From assembly GCA_043228905.1 (NCBI GenBank), contig JBHGNT010000002.1, positions 19,778,001 through 19,842,000 of the forward strand: DNA of 64,000 bases. The letters are read 5' to 3'. Under the pieces are notes generated by a model. It was not told the DNA's origin. It worked only from the letters and a program-made list of their open reading frames with translations, and searched no databases. Numbering within the stretch: position 1 is the first letter of the stretch; each line of letters begins with the position of its first letter. Positions 1 through 11,068 of this stretch are shown one piece after another. Made by a program: the position numbers and the translations under genes. Source of the DNA: Azolla caroliniana. Taxonomy: Eukaryota > Plantae > Polypodiophyta.

Positions 1-3000
1 AAGATCTCACTCTCATCAGAATATTCACGTGATGGATGGATACCGTCATAGTCGGAAGGCTCACTATAATCATCAGGCATTGATTTCCAATGTAAGCTCG
101 GTGACCAATCAGCTTTCTCCAAAACCTTACACAATTCATTGAATAAAACTGCATTCCCTTCTGCTGTCAAATGCATACCATCACTGCAAAGGACATAAAA
201 TTCTAGGAAATCATTATTCATACTTATGTTGATAATAATGTGTGAAACAAAAACCTATCACTAGGGAATAATCATAGTTTACGCTTTATGACACACATGT
301 TCATTATGTTCTGAGCAAAAATTAAAAACCCTCCTTTATTATGAAAGAATCATTATTTAAGCTACATATTGCAACTATGTTCATAATGATGTCTAAGCTA
401 AAAATACTCAAATTTATGTTTTGCATTAAATATTTTTCCAAATGCCGCGATACTGAAAACTTGGTTTGTATAATGGCACTTCTGGTGCTATGATACATCA
501 TAACCAGCCACTTAATTTACCATGCTCGGGTGTAGCACATTCCTACCTACCTTGGCAACTCACATGCTATGAGTTTTGTGGTTGTTTGGATGCTTCAAGC
601 ATTGCAAGTTAAGCGTGCTTGAGCCAGAACAGTACTGGGATGGGGTGTCATGTCCCAGTCGGAATCAAACTTGACTCAACATACCAGTAGAGGAAGGAAC
701 ATAGAAAGAAGTCCACAAAGAAGGGACAAGTCCCAAGGTTACATCTATGATAGTAATGGGTTCGTGGGGGCCCATTGCTATCAAGAGTGAACACGCTCCG
801 TATTTGAGCGGTATACCGACCTGCACTCCTTGCAAAGCCGTAATGCAAACCCTCATGGATTGCAAATTACTAGGTGTTGTAAATATAACTTGTATCTCTT
901 TGGCATCGAGAGATGTTAATAAGAATGGTTCTGCACTGGTACACTTGAATCTATGTCTTTAAATGTTCACTTATCACATTGTTGACTGGTGCACACCCAG
1001 CTGGAAACCGGTATAATGAAACTAAGGGGAAAACCCTAAAATAAAAATGTGTCTGCACATAGACTCTTGAATCTATGTACTAGAACGTTCATTATCAAGC
1101 GATCCTAGTCAACCTCGAAAGATAAAAAAGGGAATGAATTGCCCATATAACTCAGAAGAAATACCAGAATGGACATTTAATCATTAAATGTACAACACCA
1201 ACTGATTATTCTTAATAACAGGAAACATCATGTTTAGGTATAATCAATCAAACTTTAAAAAATGAGCATCTTCTGATAGAAACCTAATGATGATTTGGGT
1301 GATCTTAAGAAAATTCGTTTGCATTATATTAACAAACTCAAAAGGGGATCAAACAAATCTTCACTTACCTGAGGCAAACTGTTTGCCAATTTTCAACATT
1401 TTGTATTGCTGTCCATAGGTCCACCACCCCTACATTCGCCTCTTGAGCGGCCTCAATACAGGCACGAGAATATTGTCGAGCACGCTCATTTGTTCGATCT
1501 GCAAACTTGCCTCCAGCCTCTCCATAATCAATTCTGCAAACAAAAGCACCAGTTTACCCCAATTAATAAGGAGTTCAAAAAAGCATCACTCCATAAATGA
1601 ATAAACATCATTGAAATTTTTGACATAAATAATAAAGATTTCTATATCAAGTTGAAAACTACAGAAAGGAAACAATAATCTCCATTGCTTCAAAGAAATA
1701 GATTCCTTACTAGCAGTAATAATTAATGTACCCAAACCTGCTGCACCTAGATTCTCAAATAACAAAAGGAATTCAACTCAAACCCTAAACCCTTTTCAAA
1801 TAATCATCCAAGGATGCTAAATGCAACATTCCTTTCACAGACCCCTTAAGGCGTTTACCAGCATTATGAAAAAACAAGGATGTTTCTTATCACCCACTCC
1901 TGGGCTGTACATTGATAAGAGTTCAGATCTGGTAAATAGATGCCTTAGATAGGGAAAAAATCTTGCCAGAGTACCCATACATACTTCCCTGTGCAGATGA
2001 TAGTCTTCATCTCAGACTCTCCAAAGGTTCTACAAGACAATGCGAATGCTCTAGATGCATTTTGTGAAGAAAGAAATGTCTACTGTGAACCTTGATAAGG
2101 GGAAGATTATGATGTCTAATACAACGCAGGCATGACGAAATAGGTTGGATCTCCGATTCCTATTTAGTGGGCAGCCGAAACAAAACACAAAATCATTTTT
2201 ACTATAGGAATCACATTCACAGGATCTCATTTCTCCATGACGGAAGCATCACAGCCAGACTAGATTCTCTGGAGACTATCCAGCTTTGGGGACACTTGAG
2301 AGACAATGTGCTTACATACAGTTCAATACATTGGTCACACCCGTCCCCTTGTATGAAGCAGAGATCTGGAGATCAATCCTCCACAATGCAGAAGATTGGA
2401 GAAACATTGTAAGGTCATTTGTTATGATGATTGCCTGCAAGATAAGGAGCAAAACTCTGGTATTACATGAGATAGATATGGTTGATTTGGGAGCTGCCTG
2501 AATTCTCAGAGGTACTTTTATTAAGCTGTCAATTGTACACATTGAATCTCGGAATTACCTAGGCATTGCTAACCACACTTATCTCTTAGCAGAGGGAAGT
2601 GAAACCAATTATTTATATTCACAAATTAAAGATTGCTTCCAAGCACATGGATATGGATGCACTCTCACCATTTGAGTATAGCCTTGAAATGTCCATTTTT
2701 GGATATCGCTAAGGCAGAGAAAATAAAGTGGTAAGGAAAGATCATTAAAGTGGACAAAAAAGTGCAAATAGGGGCAAAATGATCTCATTATTCAAGCCAA
2801 GGATATGGAGATACACATGTCAAAAGATCTTCACACAATAATGGATGCCATCTCATCAACTGAGGCTAGAGACTGACCAATATACAGTTATAGCTTTAGA
2901 GAACCCAAATGTCAACTTTGCAATCAAGTTGGATCTCTGGAGCATTACGTATGCCAGTGCCCAGTCTATTACGAGATCAGAAGAAGAGATCATAGTCTCT

Positions 3001-5295
3001 TTTGGGAAGGATTTGAACCTCCCCGTAAAGTGGTGGAGTACAACAATCAAAGATACCATGTGCTCTTCCTTCAAGTGATAAGAAAACAGAGAGAGCCTCT
3101 TTACGGAGGGGAGAGGTTTGCAGTGGGGACTCACTGATCCAACTAGGCAAATACATTCAACGGAGTTCTTCCAAGCTGATACTGCAGACACTTCTCAATG
3201 TGTGCAAGCAAACATCCTATTCACAACTAAAACAAATCACAACAACTAAAACCTTTTTTTTTTATGTATACATAGTGGCCCCCAACCAGAACCATGCCTC
3301 TTATGTCATGTCTTCATGAGATGAAAGCCATCATTGCACAGCATTGGAGAGGCCCTCATCTCACCATCTTCCCATTTAGGATCACCCCATGATGGATGGT
3401 TTTAGAGGGCAGCAATTTCAGTTTCAATGAACTAACACCAAACCTGCCGCTGACTTATGATTCCATTTCAAGCCATTTTCGTTTTAGGATGCTAGTATAG
3501 AAAGACATTGTTCTTTGTTTTTTTTGTTACTCACATCTATGAGTTAGCATAAACAATTGTAATTTCATCAAGTCTCATAGGTCATTACTTTCTTTTAGTA
3601 GTAGCGACATTAATATATCTTTCTTCTTTCTCATTCCTTTCTCCCTCCCAACCTATACTTGTAATACATTAACCATGACCATTGGGATATATCTCCAGCC
3701 CCTTTATCTTCCACCAACAAGATTTGGACAACCTTCTAGCTTCTATGGTAATTTTAGCTAGCCTTACTATCTCTGAGCCCAGTTATGTGCTTTTCTTTGC
3801 TAACTGCAGACTATATATATACTTGATTTTTTACGATTGCATATTATGAATAACCATTGAACAAGAACACTCATCTTGTACAAGACTTTGCAAGAAAATT
3901 GCCCAAGACGTGATGGTTCCAAGATTTGCAATTTAATTAAGCTACTAAAAGAAGAAAAAAATAAAGGTATGATGATCCTAAAAGTTTTACCTTCCAACTT
4001 TCCTCCGCATCTCCTCATAAATTGGTGGCGCTGTCACCAAGACTACGCGAGTTGTTTCAGAGAGTCCCTAAGGCAAGAGAATAGATGGCCTGTGAATTGA
4101 TTGCTTCACGAGACCATTATACAGAGAAACCTTTGAAATATGATTTAAATAAGCATTAGTCATCAGATCTAAAAAGTCCACTCCATCACTTCACAGATTC
4201 ATTACTGGTTAAAACAAAGGTTTTGCACTAGGAATTTTAGAGAATGCATTGAACTCGCCCATTCCTTGCATATTTTGACATTACATCATCATCAATCCCA
4301 TAAAGAATTACCGACTATAAAAATTTGAAGCCATTTTTATGGATTTATAGAAAATACTCTTTTCTTTTTAGCATGCCAACCACAGACAAAATTAATTAAA
4401 CAGGATCATAAATGGTACCTTTAAATATAAAGAAATATGTTTGAGATTTTCCTTGAACTCGTGCAATGGCACATATTGACCTTTGCCACTGGGCATTGGA
4501 AAGGATGCATCGTTTGCACCAAAGAACACCACCACCAACGATGGCTGTACAGGATGGTCCTGCATATAATGAAGAACTATGTATTGGGAACTTATGGGAA
4601 CATAAGTAATGATGAATTACGTTATGAAATATGACAGAAAAGGATCGAGGTAAAACATGAACGCTGAAGTCAATACCTTTGGAAAGATGTCGTTTAGAGC
4701 AGAAAGAGCTCTCCGAGTGTTCCACCCTTTGTATCCTCGAAGGAGGATGTCTGCCTAGAAGGGCGAGAAAATAATTAACCGTATCAACTGTGGACAGAAA
4801 AGTGGGGATGAAAATGAGGAAGACAAAGAGCGAAAATGAAAGAAATTAAGAAAGAACAAAGGAATGAGAGACTGGATCGACTTAGAGAGAAACTTGGCGA
4901 AATGAACCAGTGAGATCTTGTTGAAACGAAGAAGAAAAAGAATGGATGAAATCTTTACTGAAATGTATGGAATGAAAAGCAAGAACAAATTGGAGGGAGA
5001 CTTGATGAAATGAAGAGAAATGGATGAGCAGATGAATGAATGAATGAATGAATGAATGGAAGGAAAAGATCAACTCAGAGAAACAAGTGGAAGAAGGAGA
5101 TCTGTGAAGAGAAAGAGGGAGAAAGAATGGGAGAGAGAAGGGTTGAGATGAGACCTTGCGAGAGTAGAGAGATGTGAGCGACGCTCCCCATCCTCCTGCA
5201 GATGTTCTTGTCGGTGCTGCGGCGGTGGCCGAGAAGGAGAATTGGGTCATGGAAGCTCCATAGAGCACAAACAACGGCCTCTCGTGTCTAACCAT
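1..5295 (-). CDS. GDSL/SGNH-family esterase/lipase (CPRD49 / isoamyl-acetate-hydrolysing esterase IAH1-like), 6 exons, 3' end beyond the window edge
   Basis: Exons 5295-5155, 4754-4677, 4559-4419, 4067-3991, 1533-1369 and 183-<1, all with GT..AG introns and consistent phase. Spliced protein: MVRHERPLFVLYGASMTQFSF..GGWGASLTSLYSRK/ADILLRGYKGWNTRRAL..FPK/DHPVQPSLVVVFFGANDASFP../GLSETTRVVLVTAPPIYEE../..DRTNERARQYSRAC..VDLWTAIQ..CLS/DGMHLTAEGNAVLF. SGNH blocks I (GAS), II (G), III (GAND) and V (DGMH) are all present. Confidence 0.93.
607..647 (+). other. 5S rRNA-derived fragment (internal promoter box A-IE-box C), possibly in a Cassandra-like solo LTR at about 531-743
   Basis: AGTTAAGCGTGCTTGAGCCAGAACAGTACTGGGATGGGGTG closely matches the plant 5S internal control region (AGTTAAGCGTGCTTGGGCGAGAGTAGTACTAGGATGGGTG). 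It lies in a segment bounded by TGTAGC (531) and GTTACA (743). No TSD seen. Confidence 0.55.
1830..2900 (+). mobile_element. Highly degenerate LINE ORF2 (RT and C-terminal region) in GDSL intron 4
   Basis: Frameshifted remnants KQGCFLSPT, CADD, ALDAFCEER, LVTPVPLYEAEIW..VMMIACKIRSKTLVLHEI and SHQLRLET are collinear with the LINE at 6191-9738. Confidence 0.7.
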
Positions 5296-5399
5296 TTGTT
5301 TCTTTCTTCTGTTTTGGCTTCTCTATCTTCCTACTTGATCTGATTGATTTCTGCGAGGGAGAAAAATGGCGACTGGGAGAGAATCAGACACAGGAAAAA

Positions 5400-5448
5400 A
5401 GGGTTAGGGTTAGGGTTAGGGTTAGGGTTAGGGTTAGGGTTAGGGTTT
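5400..5448 (+). repeat. (TTAGGG)~8 interstitial telomere-type array ending in a telo-box (TAGGGTTT), about 100 bp upstream of the GDSL ATG
   Basis: Read directly from the sequence. Confidence 0.95.
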
Positions 5449-5547
5449 GGGGGGAGGAGGATGAATTAGGTTGAAACAGAGAGAGTTGGTGAGAGTAGCA
5501 GCACAGAAGAAGGGGGGGGTGGGTTGGTGCTATGCATATGTATGTGT

Positions 5548-5562
5548 ATACATACATACACA

Positions 5563-5594
<32 letters not shown>

Positions 5595-5813
5595 CATAGA
5601 AGATTGTAGGAAGGGGTAGATTGGAAGTCTTGTCTTGTCTTGTCTTTTCCTTTTGGTCCTTCCTTCCTTTGGGGGGATGGGTAAAAAGGGCTTATCATTT
5701 GGCCGGTCAGGGGCTTATTCTGGGCAGGCTGGTGGGTGGGTATCAGAGGAGTGAATGTCTTTGCTTCGCTTCTACGGCCAACAAATGTCGCCCCCACTAT
5801 ATGGTTTGCTTGG

Positions 5814-5857
<44 letters not shown>
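5548..5857. repeat. Microsatellites: (TACA)n at about 5548-5597 and compound (TG)n(AG)n at about 5813-5857
   Basis: Read directly from the sequence. Confidence 0.9.
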
Positions 5858-6190
5858 TTAGTTAAGGAAGTCTAGTCTCATATCGTGTACTGAAAAGGAT
5901 TTAGAATGTCTTGGATGGCAAGGTTGCATGATGTTTTGCAACCTCTTTGATATTTGGTGTGGAGGAAGAAGGATAGGACAGAGAGAGAAAAGAAAGAAAG
6001 AAAGAAAGATGTATTAACGTCTTCTAAGGCCAAATTTGGCCCATGAGACAATTGGTTTACAGCAATAGAGTATTTATCCAGTCATAATAACTAAAATAAA
6101 ATTAAGTAAAAAATAGAACTTAAACTAAAAGAGTTCTAGTAGTGTACAATATGTAGTATACTCGAAAGTGACTATACACTAAGCCTAATT

Positions 6191-9100
6191 TTATTTCCAC
6201 CCAAGCCTCTCGAAAAGAAGTGGGGGGTCAAAGGGTCTTGATGTGGGTTCCAATGTAGAGAGTGCCCTAGCCATGGCTTCTAGGCGGTGTAGCTCACGTT
6301 CCCTTATTTTCAATATTGCTTCCACATCACGTCGAGTTGCTTTGAAACCCGGCACCCGAGGACGTCTGGTTCTTCTCTGGTTTTCTGCCTCATCAATGGA
6401 AAGGCCGAGTGGTGCAAGTGTGTCGGCATTCGTTGTCTCCTCAGGTTCCTGAAAAACTTCATTTGTTACATGTTCGTGATCATTAGCAACATTATTGTCA
6501 ACATTTTGTAACTTATTCTCTCTGTGTTGTTTTAGCTCTAGAATGTATTTGCCTAATTTCTTTATATCTAGAGTATCTAATAGTTTGGGGAGGGTGGGAG
6601 ACGGACCAAGTATGTCTTGGTATTTTGCCCTTATCTCGGCATAGGTTGGACACTTGCATGTAAAGTGGTACTCATCCTCTATCTCTATGTGACATAACCT
6701 ACATATCCTTTCCTCCCTAGGGACTCCACTAGTACGGCCATTTTCAATCTCAAGTTGGTGAGATGATATTCTAAGTTGTCCAATGGCAACCCTTAGTGCA
6801 TGTGGTAAGAATACATCTAGATATTTTGGCCGCGTGATAAAACCTAACTCAGAGAAGTGCATGAAGTGTTTCTTATAGTACGACATTTTAGATGGGAGTG
6901 GCTCTAGTGGGGTGATCCATTTACACCGAGTGTAAATTTCCCATATTTCTTGGCGTATTACTTTATTGTGGTTCTCATGAGAGATTAAGGTGTTATCACT
7001 CGTGTGGTTGTACCTAAGGGGAGGTAGGTTATTAATGTCTAGACCATTCGCAAGAAGCCAACTCACCATCATGCCATACCATGAGCTAGTATAACCGGAC
7101 TCATACAATGATCGAGAGGCCTTAAAGGCTTGATGAGATATTCTATCATGTGGTTGGCTATGTATCCTATCAATGAAGACTACAAGTTGAAAAAGTGCCT
7201 CTACTAGCATTGGGGGTAACGTGAACTCGGCCCTAATAATGTCATGTGGTACAGTCGATTTGCTTCGGAGTTGGCGTGATAACATCATCACCAATGGTCT
7301 CTCTAATTGCGTCCACATGAAGGATGGTAATCCTAGAGCCCAAACCGCTGATGCATACATGAGGGAGGGGGTCACTAATGAGTCAAAGAGCCACCCTTTA
7401 GTCCGTGGCTCTTGAAAGTGTGCTTGGTGGCATTGTCTCTCTAGGAGTGAGAGGGATGCATGTCCTCTCGTGAGTCTATCCTTCGCTGCCTATGTCATCG
7501 AAAATTTACCTGAGCGGGCACTAAAAGTGACTCCGAGATAGACGTACGATCCAACCACCTCGACTGGGCTATGGGAGATAGTTAGGTGACGCTTAGCTCT
7601 AACTTGGGCCGATGTGTGGAAGATAAAGACTTTCGTTTTCCCTAGATTCACTACCAATCCTCGTTGTACACAAAAGTCATCTAAGGCATTAAGGTGCCTC
7701 TGTAGGTCGTGTTCGGATTCAGAGAGCAAAACTATGTCATCCGCATAGAGCAAGATACGAACTTGCGTATCCCCAAGGACCACTCCGGTGCCTCCCTCAC
7801 GAGCAATAAAATCTGTGATCTCATCAATGTAGATCCCAAAAAGCGTCGGTGATAGGGGGCAACCTTGTTTTACACCAATAGTGCTAGTGAAACGATTGGA
7901 TAGGCCACCTGGGCATCGGACACACCCAGACACTTGTTCATATAGTGCGTAGATGGCCCATACCATATCATCTGGTATCCTCAAGCTTTTAAGTCTATCA
8001 AACAACCGCTCTCTAGGGACTATGTCAAAGGCTTTGCGGAAGTCCACAAAACAACAATATAATTTCTTCTTGCGAGCCTTAGTTTGGTCAATTAGGCATC
8101 TAAGTGTGAAGATATGATCAATAGTGGAGAAGGCTCGTCTAAAGCTAGCTTGTTCAGGTGCACGAAGGTTTAGGGTCTCCATGTAGTCGCTAAGCTCTGC
8201 TTCCATTACTGCACCATATAACTTAGCAAGGGTATGGCCTATCATAATGGTCCTATATGTATTTGGGTCCATGGGGTCCCCCCCTTTATGTATGGGGGCC
8301 ACTATATTCATAGTCCATTGTGGTGGAAAACCCTCCGCAAGGGCACGATTGAAGATTAGAGTTAGCAAGGGAGCTAGGCACTCTCTCGCATATATAATGT
8401 GTTCTGCTCGCAATCCTGTGTGGTCCATGGACTTCCTATGTTGTAATTTCTTTATGACCTTCATGACCCTAGAGGTCGTGAAAAGTGTCCCCGTGGTAGG
8501 CCGGGGTGTGGAAGGCATTGGAAAGGGTGGTTGGTTTGGGATTTGGTAAAGTCTCTCTGTATATGTGTGCCAAGTTTCGGGATCTTCGATGGGTGTTTGT
8601 GGTCTTGGCTCCCGTAGTCTCTTCCATGCCGTGGCGCAATCGCTACTCATGAGCATATGGTAGAGTTCCCAGTATTGGGATGCATCCCACGCTCGTCTCT
8701 TACGACGTGTCATCTTACGCATTTCTTTGCGAGCTTGTATGGAGGTAATACTACCATTGAGTTGCGATACTGTAAGTTGTCATGTAGGTCCCTACAATCC
8801 TCGTCATACCATTTATTTTGTGGCATTGATCCTGATCTACCTTGATTTGAGTGTTTTGTATATGGGAAACTGCTAGCTGCTGCGGAGTGAAGGCTTTCTA
8901 ACGGTAGGGAGGGATCAAGGGAGGGGAGATGGGCCTGAACATGTTGAGAGTATATGTCAGAGAGCTCATGTGTGATAGGTAGGCCCTATTAGATAGTCAA
9001 CTGTGCTTTCCCCTCCTCCATGTGGGAAACATGTGAGCTCTTCCGAGCCCGGCCACTTAGCTAAACCATTATATATGACCATCTGGTGCTGACTGCCAAG

Positions 9101-9738
9101 TTCGAGCAGATGATGGCCAAAGCTCGTGGCGTCCGCACCTTGATCCTTTGATCTACGTGTGGTGCCTATGTCTAAAGGATCAACATTTACCATTTCTAGG
9201 TTTCTATTCATCTGAAATACTGTGCATTGTCGGGATTGGGTTCAAGAAATACTTCTCCTTGGGAAGAATATCGGATTATGTCATCCGATAGGGGTTCGTA
9301 TGGAGAAGGCCCATGTGGCATTCCTTCATCGACTAATCTCGTCAAGCCACCAATATTATAACGGGATCCTTTTGGGGGAAAGTAACAAATGGCGAAAAAT
9401 ATTGCATGGTCTTTGCTTGTGGAGACTTTCACCCACATAAAACGAGCTTCTGGGTCTATCTTCATTATTTCTATCCTATTATGTAGCTCTCTACGAAATA
9501 GTATCGCGACACCTCCAGATCCCCTAGTAGTGTGTCGACGTGAGGTTTGTCTAAAAGCAGACTCCCAACAGAATCCTTCGACCCGTGGGAGTCCTCTATT
9601 TGGGCTCTGATGTGTTTCTACCAAGAAAAGTATATCAGATACCTTTAGTATCTCCTCTAGGCGGCCGGGGTGTGCCCAGAGTGCGCCATTACAATTCCAT
9701 AGGGTCATCCTAAGTGCATTTTCTGTCACATGGGCCAC
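6191..9738 (-). pseudogene. LINE A ORF2 (APE endonuclease-RT-zinc finger), disrupted
   Basis: APE motifs LWNCNG, LVETH, GSGGVAIL and TVDY are present. The GDFNA and SDH motifs appear lost by small deletions/frameshifts near 9245 and 8975. RT ORF 8722-7490 ends in TAG and reads on in frame into 7375-6191 (SSHQLEIENGR..ERICRLCHIEIEDEYHFTCKC). Confidence 0.85.
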
Positions 9739-9744
9739 ACGCCG

Positions 9745-10557
9745 TCAATTAGTAGTGCGATCATTTATGATCACTCGCCCGTCTCGGTAAAAGGCGCGAT
9801 GGCCTTCTTTACGAGCTTGCATAACTCGTGGCATACAACTCTTGTGATGCTCAATTTGCATCTTAGTGAGGTCTTCATCGAGATAGATGGGGTCCCCATC
9901 CATTCCTCAAAGGATTGGTCTCTTCTTAAAGAAAGTGATTCTAGAGTCTAAGTCTTTAAATTGAAGGACTAAGGCTCTCTTCCTAGTTGTGTCACGCCCG
10001 GCCCTCCATGCTTTGGTGATAGGTAGGGCCTCTGTGTACCCTAACATTTTCCCAAGTGTTTGTGCGTCCTCATTTGGGGATGCACCTTCCTTGAGCCCAG
10101 TGACACGTACATTTAAGCGTCGGGCCTGACGCATTTTCTCTTCTTCAAGGGTGGTATTAACAATATTTTCATCTTTTATTTCTTTTTTAATGTTTCTTTT
10201 AACCACATCTACCCAACCCGTTTTAGCTAACTCTATGTTATTATTAACTTCCTCTTTAACTTTTTTAATTTCGTCCTTTATATCCTCTATAGAGGATATT
10301 TCACCGTCTTCTCGAGATACCTCGATGTCCTTAAGTTGTTTTTTAAGGTCGATGTTTTCTACTTTAAGTTGTTCTATTTCGGCCTTGAGGGCGTCTTTTT
10401 CCTCTCTATCTTTTTTCTTGTGGGTTTCGGTGTCTTTCACCCATTTTTTCATATCCATCTCTATTTTTGTTAAACGATTAAACATATCTAAAAAGTCCTC
10501 CTTACTTATAGCCTCGTCTTGTATATCCTTATGTTCCTTAGTCCGTCTAGACGTCAT
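9745..10557 (-). pseudogene. LINE A ORF1 (coiled coil plus RRM/CTD-like region) with one premature stop
   Basis: Starts MTSRRTKE with K/E-rich heptads, then RRLNVRVTGLKE. After the TGA at 9907-9909 it continues in frame as GMDGDPIYLDEDLTKMQ..GRVIINDRTTN*. Confidence 0.75.
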
Positions 10558-10973
10558 TGTGGTGTCAATAAGAAAAAAAAGGTAAAATAAATGGGTTCGA
10601 GACTTAGCCGCGTTTGTGTGTATGTCGCAATCACATCGGCATTTTGTAGCACGCGACGAGCACACCAAAAGAACCCACCCACGAACTCGTCAAGAAAATG
10701 GCACTTCACCACATCAAGAGAAAACGGAGAAGAAACACCCCGTGACGGCGACGGTGACGGCGGCAGTCGTCAAACGACGGTAGACGACGGCAGACGGCGG
10801 CAACAGACGGCAGACGACGGCAGATGACGGTAGACGACTGCAGACTGTAGAAGACGGCTGCAGACGGTAGCAGACGGCAACGGCCGCAGATAACGGTAGT
10901 CGTCGGACGACGACAGCAACAGACGACGGCGACGACACTAGCTGGCGACAGCAACGACAGAGAGAGACGAGGA

Positions 10974-10976
<3 letters not shown>

Positions 10977-11067
<91 letters not shown>
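10977..11067. repeat. (GA)~45 microsatellite flanked by GC-rich (GAC/GGC) low-complexity sequence
   Basis: Read directly from the sequence. Confidence 0.95.

Positions 11068-11068
<1 letters not shown>

Larger units (their letters stand above)
5989..10955 (-). mobile_element. Near full-length, inactivated two-ORF non-LTR retrotransposon (LINE A; APE-RT, RTE-X-like by inference)
   Basis: Contains ORF1, APE endonuclease, RT (GVKQGCPLSP, LYADD), a C-terminal CxxC..H..C motif, a 3' hairpin and a (CTTT)n tail. Candidate low-complexity TSD GACAGAGAGAGA at 5977-5988 and 10956-10967. The 5' boundary is uncertain because the GC-rich GAC repeats continue to about 11200. Confidence 0.85.

Noticed and set aside
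607-647. Functional 5S rRNA gene
   Set aside because: Only about 41 of about 120 nt match; the 5' and 3' helices and the T-run terminator are absent.
5400-5448. Chromosome end or telomere fusion
   Set aside because: Only about 48 bp, single orientation, embedded among other microsatellites next to a gene.
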